DNA of 37,416 bases from a virus (Duplodnaviria; Caudoviricetes), in IMG/VR virus record IMGVR_UViG_3300048851_000034, positions 1 to 37,416 of that record. One strand, 5' to 3'. Both the position numbers and the translations under genes were made by a program. The notes under the pieces were generated by a model. The model was given only the letters and a program-made list of their open reading frames with translations, was not told the DNA's origin and searched no databases. Of the stretch, positions 36,201 to 37,416 are shown piece by piece; within the stretch, counting starts at the first letter, position 1; every line of letters begins with the position of its first letter.

Positions 36201-36291
36201 GGCCGAGCTGCAGGCGAAGTTTATGCCGATGTTTACCGCGCCCTCGCTCGCGATCGCGCGTGGGGCCTCACTCACTGACGGGAGCAGCTAA
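33229..36291 (+). CDS. Tape measure protein, 1020 aa
   Basis: ETAMADVGKV, AGQSGIG, LADATNYL, LFGSES; Gly/Ala-rich. Confidence 0.92.
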   Translation: MAESKYSLKLAAIDAYSSTFGDMGKKSAKLQDQLREQQAELRRLNSQAKDVEGYARLGASLEQNRKQLGTARAEQQRLSREHASAQNRVMELGTAYGRATVATKALETSTTATKSQIKAAALEQQRLERELNAATLAEKKLANQHDKAAASAGGLERAVRREHGELDRLGGSLTRAGVDLTKLAAEQLRLKNATNSASAALDAQRAKLDAVKRSSGKIEENRNKRADLRGQIAETAAIGYIASRPIDKAMQLETAMADVGKVLTFSKDDGEQQAGIKSMAADNLKLASDRRIASAGMTAVDLAKIEYAAGQSGIGKNAKSPEERRTQIMDFTKDAAIMGAAFDIDAKTAGETMAGWQASMKLDRGGTLDLADATNYLGNSFNAQAADIASVVKRFGAVGSASGMKPEQSAALSAALLNPGTEKEIAGTGFKNFLSALTAGKSATKGEKAQWKDLGFDPEDLATDMQKNAPATIMSVLQAIKAAPKEEQAAIATTLFGSESIGAIQPLIENLEPLQQAFAMVADKSKYATSSLGDQASMMQEAEGVAKTSRTSWNAFTARIDRMTTVVGNAMLPALNAVLVPMGAVVDGISWAAEKFPNVTGALAVAAGGLAALKVGALGVKFVGLLLGQAFNKAGLARAKLDGTTARTASVADLAVSRLNAAMGRLGTTGAAAGAGDGVGDAGGKKRGKGKASALKSRGARIARGAGRVAAPLALAVGGIEVINGLQNGDSEEVGRGVGNAAGGMGGAWAGGAAGAAIGTLILPGVGTAIGAAVGSLAGGFAGSELGSWVGEKAGGLYDWATGKDDEAPSKAEALAPAAATVGAPGAAGAAVALAPATAALVPVATALTPAAAALGTPSASQAMATGAVPLMATAAQPSFPGAPPAAGLPLPAVPAAASLAPSAVASEALAPSGVGEMLGRAMTAVDSGLGSAGNWLGDVLGKLGNLLQPPEAVAKDVAQAADNRQITFAPTFQVNGADQATSQALADKIMAELQAKFMPMFTAPSLAIARGASLTDGSS

Positions 36292-36674
36292 TGCCGCAGC
36301 AAATGGCCCTGGGGTCGTTCGTTTTTGGTCTGGCCACCGATTTTCCTTATGACACCCTCGAGCGCGCCACGGATGGCGGCTGGGTCGATCTCGACATCAT
36401 TTCGAGCAAGCCCAAATCGCACCAGACCGGCCAGGGTCTCGAGACCTTGCGCCTCAAGGGCAAGGCGGCCCGTGGTGCTGGCATGACGCGGGTCGATGAG
36501 CTCCGCGCGCTGGCCAACGCTCGCGCGCCGCATGTGCTGGTCGACGCGCTGGGCCGAGTGTGGGGTCGCTGGCGTGTCGACAAGGTCACCGAGAATCAGA
36601 CGCGTGTGATCGATGACGGCACCGCGACAATGCTCGAATGGGTGATCGAGCTAAAGGAATTCGTAAATGCGTAA
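36291..36674 (+). CDS. P2 gpU-like tail protein, 127 aa
   Basis: MALGSFVFGL...TGQGLETLRLKG...LVDALGRVWGRW. Confidence 0.87.
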   Translation: MPQQMALGSFVFGLATDFPYDTLERATDGGWVDLDIISSKPKSHQTGQGLETLRLKGKAARGAGMTRVDELRALANARAPHVLVDALGRVWGRWRVDKVTENQTRVIDDGTATMLEWVIELKEFVNA

Positions 36675-36879
36675 TGCCCGGTCAATTGCCGGCGACACGG
36701 TCGCCAGGCTGCTCTATCGCGAGCTCGGCCGCTGCGATGACGCGGCCGAGGAGGCGCTCTGGCTTATCAATGACGGCCTGGCCAGTTACGGCCCGGTCCT
36801 GCCTGCTGGCGTGCTGGTAATGCTGCCCGAGCTTGAGGAGCAGGCCACCACGGCCGCGCCGGTTTCACCATGGGATTAA
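36667..36879 (+). CDS. P2 gpX-like tail protein, 70 aa
   Basis: GDTVARLLYRELG...NDGLA..GPVLPAGVLVMLP...PWD. Confidence 0.87.
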   Translation: MRNARSIAGDTVARLLYRELGRCDDAAEEALWLINDGLASYGPVLPAGVLVMLPELEEQATTAAPVSPWD

Positions 36880-36889
36880 GGGGGGCGCT

Positions 36890-37416
36890 ATGTCTCTAGG
36901 TTTCACCCCGGACGTCGAGGTATACGGCTCCGGCGCGTCGACGATCAACTCGCGCCTAATCGATTGGGAGCTCGTCGACGCGGCTGGCGTCGAGTCGGAT
37001 CAGCTCAAACTGACAGTGAACATTGAGGGGATTGATAGCCTGCCCGCCAAGGGTGCGAAAATCGGTATCCGTATCGGCTACGTCGAGTCGGGGCTCGTCG
37101 ATAAGGGCGAGTTTATTATCAGCCGATTGACGCCTAACCTGTTCCCGGCGCGCGTGGTGATTGTGGCCATGGCGGCCCCCTTCACGCCGAACGACGAGGC
37201 AGGATTCCGCGCCAGGCGCTCGGCCAGTCACGGCCCGACAACCTTGGGCGCCTTGTTCCGCGAGCTGACTGGAAAGTATGGGTTTTCGCCCCGGGTTTCT
37301 CCCGAGCTGGCCATGCTTAAAATCGAGCACGTCGACCAGTCGAATGAGACTGACATGGGTTTTCTGACGCGCCTGGCTCAACAATATGATGCCGTGACAA
37401 AGCCGGTTAACGGCTT
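36890..37416 (+). CDS. P2 gpD-like protein, N-terminal part (continues at the window start)
   Basis: MSLGFTPDVEV...RLIDWELVDAAGVESDQL...GIRIGY; open to the end of the window. Confidence 0.85.
   Translation, partial: MSLGFTPDVEVYGSGASTINSRLIDWELVDAAGVESDQLKLTVNIEGIDSLPAKGAKIGIRIGYVESGLVDKGEFIISRLTPNLFPARVVIVAMAAPFTPNDEAGFRARRSASHGPTTLGALFRELTGKYGFSPRVSPELAMLKIEHVDQSNETDMGFLTRLAQQYDAVTKPVNG
37290..37416 (+). repeat. Terminal direct repeat (assembly overlap), right copy
   Basis: Identical to 1-127. Confidence 0.95.

Larger units (their letters stand above)
1..37289. mobile_element. Complete linear phage-plasmid (telomere phage, N15/VP882/phiHAP-1-like) with P2-like contractile tail
   Basis: Protelomerase, tel palindrome, RepA primase-helicase, ParA, repressor, Q, lysis, head and tail genes all present; no integrase; ends overlap by 127 bp. 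Confidence 0.95.

Noticed and set aside
37290-37416. Terminal repeat as a biological DTR or att site
   Set aside because: Exactly 127 bp, inside the gpD CDS; best explained as assembler overlap, and a cos site exists elsewhere

Overview
The window is a complete, circularly assembled temperate phage genome of 37,289 bp plus a 127-bp assembly overlap (1-127 = 37290-37416). It is an N15/VP882/phiHAP-1-type linear phage-plasmid with a contractile P2-like tail, GC-rich, and the host is probably a Pseudomonas-like gammaproteobacterium (inference). Plasmid module: HigBA toxin-antitoxin, ParA plus a small ribbon-helix-helix partner, a 76-bp telRL palindrome, protelomerase and a primase-helicase RepA. 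Control module: lambda-CI-like repressor, early genes including a TraR-like protein and a Q antiterminator, and a pR'-like late promoter. Late module: holin, SAR endolysin, embedded spanins, a lambda-like cos site, terminase, portal, a fused protease-capsid, baseplate, tail fibre, sheath, tube, frameshifted chaperone and tape measure. The most notable uncatalogued signals are: (1) a LexA-box-controlled 92-aa ORF between repA and telN, paired with a repressor whose Ala-Gly cleavage site is Ala-His, suggesting an antirepressor switch; (2) five dispersed 8-bp-period arrays, each next to a regulatory or packaging site; (3) a ~140-nt rod-like hairpin in the repA leader; (4) a candidate origin inside repA; (5) a lambda-spaced cosQ/cosN predicting 11-nt cohesive ends; (6) strong CTCGAG enrichment. 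All family assignments come from motif recognition by eye, with no database searches.
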